Part shown: in pieces, positions 61,510 to 64,000 of the stretch
How the letters are laid out: every line of letters begins with the position of its first letter
Numbering within the stretch: the first letter of the stretch is position 1
From: Takakia lepidozioides
Lineage: Eukaryota; Plantae; Bryophyta
Assembly (NCBI GenBank): GCA_030704615.1
Contig: CM060732.1
Coordinates: forward strand, 78,554,001-78,618,000
Direction: 5' to 3'
Length of the DNA: 64,000 nt
The notes under the pieces: generated by a model
Databases searched by the model: none
What the model saw: the letters and a program-made list of their open reading frames with translations, nothing else
Told to the model about the DNA's origin: nothing
Position numbers and translations under genes: made by a program

Positions 61510-62972
61510 CACAGTGCCTCTATTCCTGTTTGTGTTCAGCCACCAATCATGTACAGACTGTTGACAAAGTCTCCATGAGTACCTGCATTGCTGAATAGGT
61601 TTAGAATGTGGGGAGGATTTCAGTGTACCACAGGAGCAGGTTATGAAGTACGTGGATGCCAAATTGGCAGTAACAGTAAGAAACCCATTGGTGTTTTGCA
61701 GTCCATCAGCAACTCAGAACAGGTGGGGACTACGGGATGCACACAAAGTACTTGCACAGCAGATGTGCAAGGTACATAGACTAATCCCTTGTTAGTATGA
61801 CGGAGCAAACTGTGTGCGGGATTGTAATGCCCAAGCCGCTTGCTGATGCTGAAGAGATCCAAGTACAGGCAAGTGAAGATACTGGTTTGCCCTCATCTTG
61901 TTTTTGTCCTGACCCGTGCCATGCTTCTCTGCTGGACCACCTGTGAGCAAGCAACAGGCGACAAGGTGTGCATCTTTCACTTCGGACCAGAATGTGCAGT
62001 ATTTCAGCATATGTTCAAAAAGTTTGGATATTTTATGGATGTTCATGTGATCCAATCTTTTGTCCAAGTTCTGTCTATTGGGAAGCATGAATACAGCAAA
62101 CCATCCTCGCTATCTTCCTATTACCTGCACAGGTTGTGGGGATAGTGGTTCACACTTAAGAAGATTTCTGGTTGCAGACTGCAGTTTACTTGCCTACCTC
62201 TGCTCACTCCAGAGCATGTAGATCTTTGTATGACAGTGGGGGTGGTGTTTACTTGCCTTGACTCTTATTACTGGGAGCATCTAGAAACAAAATAATTTTC
62301 ATGTGAGGGATATATTGCTAGGAAGGAGCTTCATGTTCAACACAAATTGACGAATTGTGTCTGGGTGTAAGGAAGATGAATGTGGTTTCTACCCAGATGG
62401 CTGCAAGGTAAGCCAAATTCACCGGAGAGGATGGTCACCATTTACCCTTACAGTGACTTCTACTCTTTGAAGCTACCTAATGCATTACCCTCCTTGGTGC
62501 CGATATGCAAGAGAGGAGATAACAAAAGAAAAACTTGAAAATTGAGGACCAAGTCCCCATCCTCCCAAAGTACCAGGTTGAGCTAAATGTCTTCAAACAC
62601 TTTTGCTTTAGTGACTGTCGCTCCGCATTCAGGTTTCCCTGCGTCTTACCACCACATTTGCATATCCAGGGCTAAATAGAAGATGTGAGAGTGCCTCAAA
62701 GCTATGCACTGTGACCCCCTTGCAATCTCACCTTGATGTTGACTGTCAACAACTGTTTTATGGAAGGAAGACATTGTGTCAGGAATGATTAAAACTGGCC
62801 CATGCCCCATGTCTTGCACATCAGCATCTTGTAAAATAAAAAGCTGAGGCCAGAGATGGGTATATAAAGCTTTCACAACTATTAACGATCCTATAGCCTA
62901 CATTAACCAATCTGATATCCCGTTGTCAATCAGTATCTTACTGTCAAGCTGTCCACAGCTTGGTCACTAACT

Positions 62973-62973
<1 letters not shown>

Positions 62974-63030
<57 letters not shown>
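62974..63030. repeat. (CT)n microsatellite, about 28 units
   Basis: Perfect CT run directly abutting the LINE fragment. Confidence 0.97.
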
Positions 63031-63032
<2 letters not shown>

Positions 63033-64000
63033 GACGAGTCCTCCGTGGCTGACAAGATCATTGGGAGGAAACTAATTGTCTGCGGTAGAGCAGTTAATTG
63101 GTGGACTAATGAGATTAAACTCAAGATAGCTGGGAGACGAGCCCTCTATAAAGAGTGCTGCAATTTGGAAACCAACAGAGAATTGTGGGCGAGGTACTAC
63201 CAGCTCCGTAAAGATATCAATCAGCTTGTTAGGTCTCAGAAGAAATTATACTGGGACAAGTTATACAGTGAAATAAACTCAAACCACCATGGTGGTAATG
63301 ACAAGAAATTCTGGTTGGCCCTTCAACGTTTGTACAAGCCGAAAAACGGTCAGCAAGTACAAGCGCTGAAGACTACTAAAGGTGCAGTGGTGACTTCATC
63401 GGTTGACATTGTCAAAACCTTTGAAACTCACTACAGTATCCTTGGCAGAACTTCTAGGTCTAACAGTGAGGGGTCTTCTGCTGAATGGAGGGACACAGTT
63501 GGAAAAACTGTTCCTATGATTCAAAACAGCCCTGATGAACTGGAGTATATTTCAATGGCTTATAATGCTCCCATTAGTTCTTCTGAGATTGTGGAAGCAA
63601 TTGAACAGTTAAATGGATATAAAGCTGGTGAACCTGATGGTATTGTCAACGAGCTTATCAAGCACGGTGGCGATCCCATGATAGAGGCCCTAGTTCTCCT
63701 CTTTAACCTTATCTGGAAGACTGAAATGATCCCCTTTCGCTGGCGACAGGGGGTCATTGTCAATATATACAAGAAGGGTGACAGAGAAGAACCGGGGACA
63801 TCACGCTCCTCAATGCTGTTGGCAAGACATTCTGCAGAGTTATAAGTACTCGTCTTGAGGTTGATCTGGAGTCTAGAGGTTGTTTCCACGAAGGCCAAGC
63901 TGGCTTTCGGCGAAACAGGGGCTGTGTGGATCATATCTTCACTCTAAGCCAGATTATCCAGGGAAGGAAAAAAGAAGGGAAACCCACTTATGTCTTTTTC
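63031..64000 (+). mobile_element. 5'-truncated non-LTR retrotransposon RT region (RTE/RTEX-like, not L1), runs off the window
   Basis: NWWTNEI, KKFW, KAGEPDGIVNELIKHGG, IPFRWRQGVIVNIYKKGDREEPG (NYR deleted, frameshift), ITLLNAVGKTF, EGQAGFRRNRGCVDHIFTL. Confidence 0.88.

Overview
Eukaryotic nuclear DNA from a land plant, most likely seed-free (bryophyte/lycophyte-type). That assignment is inferred from an intron-containing psaD, PLS-class PPR fragments and a Tcn1-like chromovirus. Four host genes are readable: (1) a 7-exon gene (minus, 1235-6216) for a ~293-aa protein I do not recognise, built from APWxxD...TAPFAT repeats, with three tandemly duplicated exons that all end in GC donors; (2) psaD; (3) an RRP12-like gene with ~19 exons; (4) a very large coiled-coil gene with several layers of internal repeats. 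The 7-30 kb block is a transposon nest. Its centrepiece is a 12.2-kb non-autonomous Pack-CACTA element (9091-21332; 30-bp TIRs matching at 27/30, TGT TSD) with no transposase. It carries a co-oriented mosaic of host gene pieces, mainly PLS-type PPR (organellar RNA-editing factor) repeats. It sits inside a SWIM/MULE-like transposase, whose frame is restored across the TSD, and it was later invaded by a full-length Tcn1-like Ty3/gypsy element (GTGCA TSD, apparent self-priming PBS, -1 frameshift signal). Also present: L1-like LINE tails sharing a CCAGGGC..CCCTGTT hairpin upstream of three genes, a tRNA-derived SINE family, and copia, gypsy, L1 and RTE-like relics. All alignments and exon calls were made by eye.
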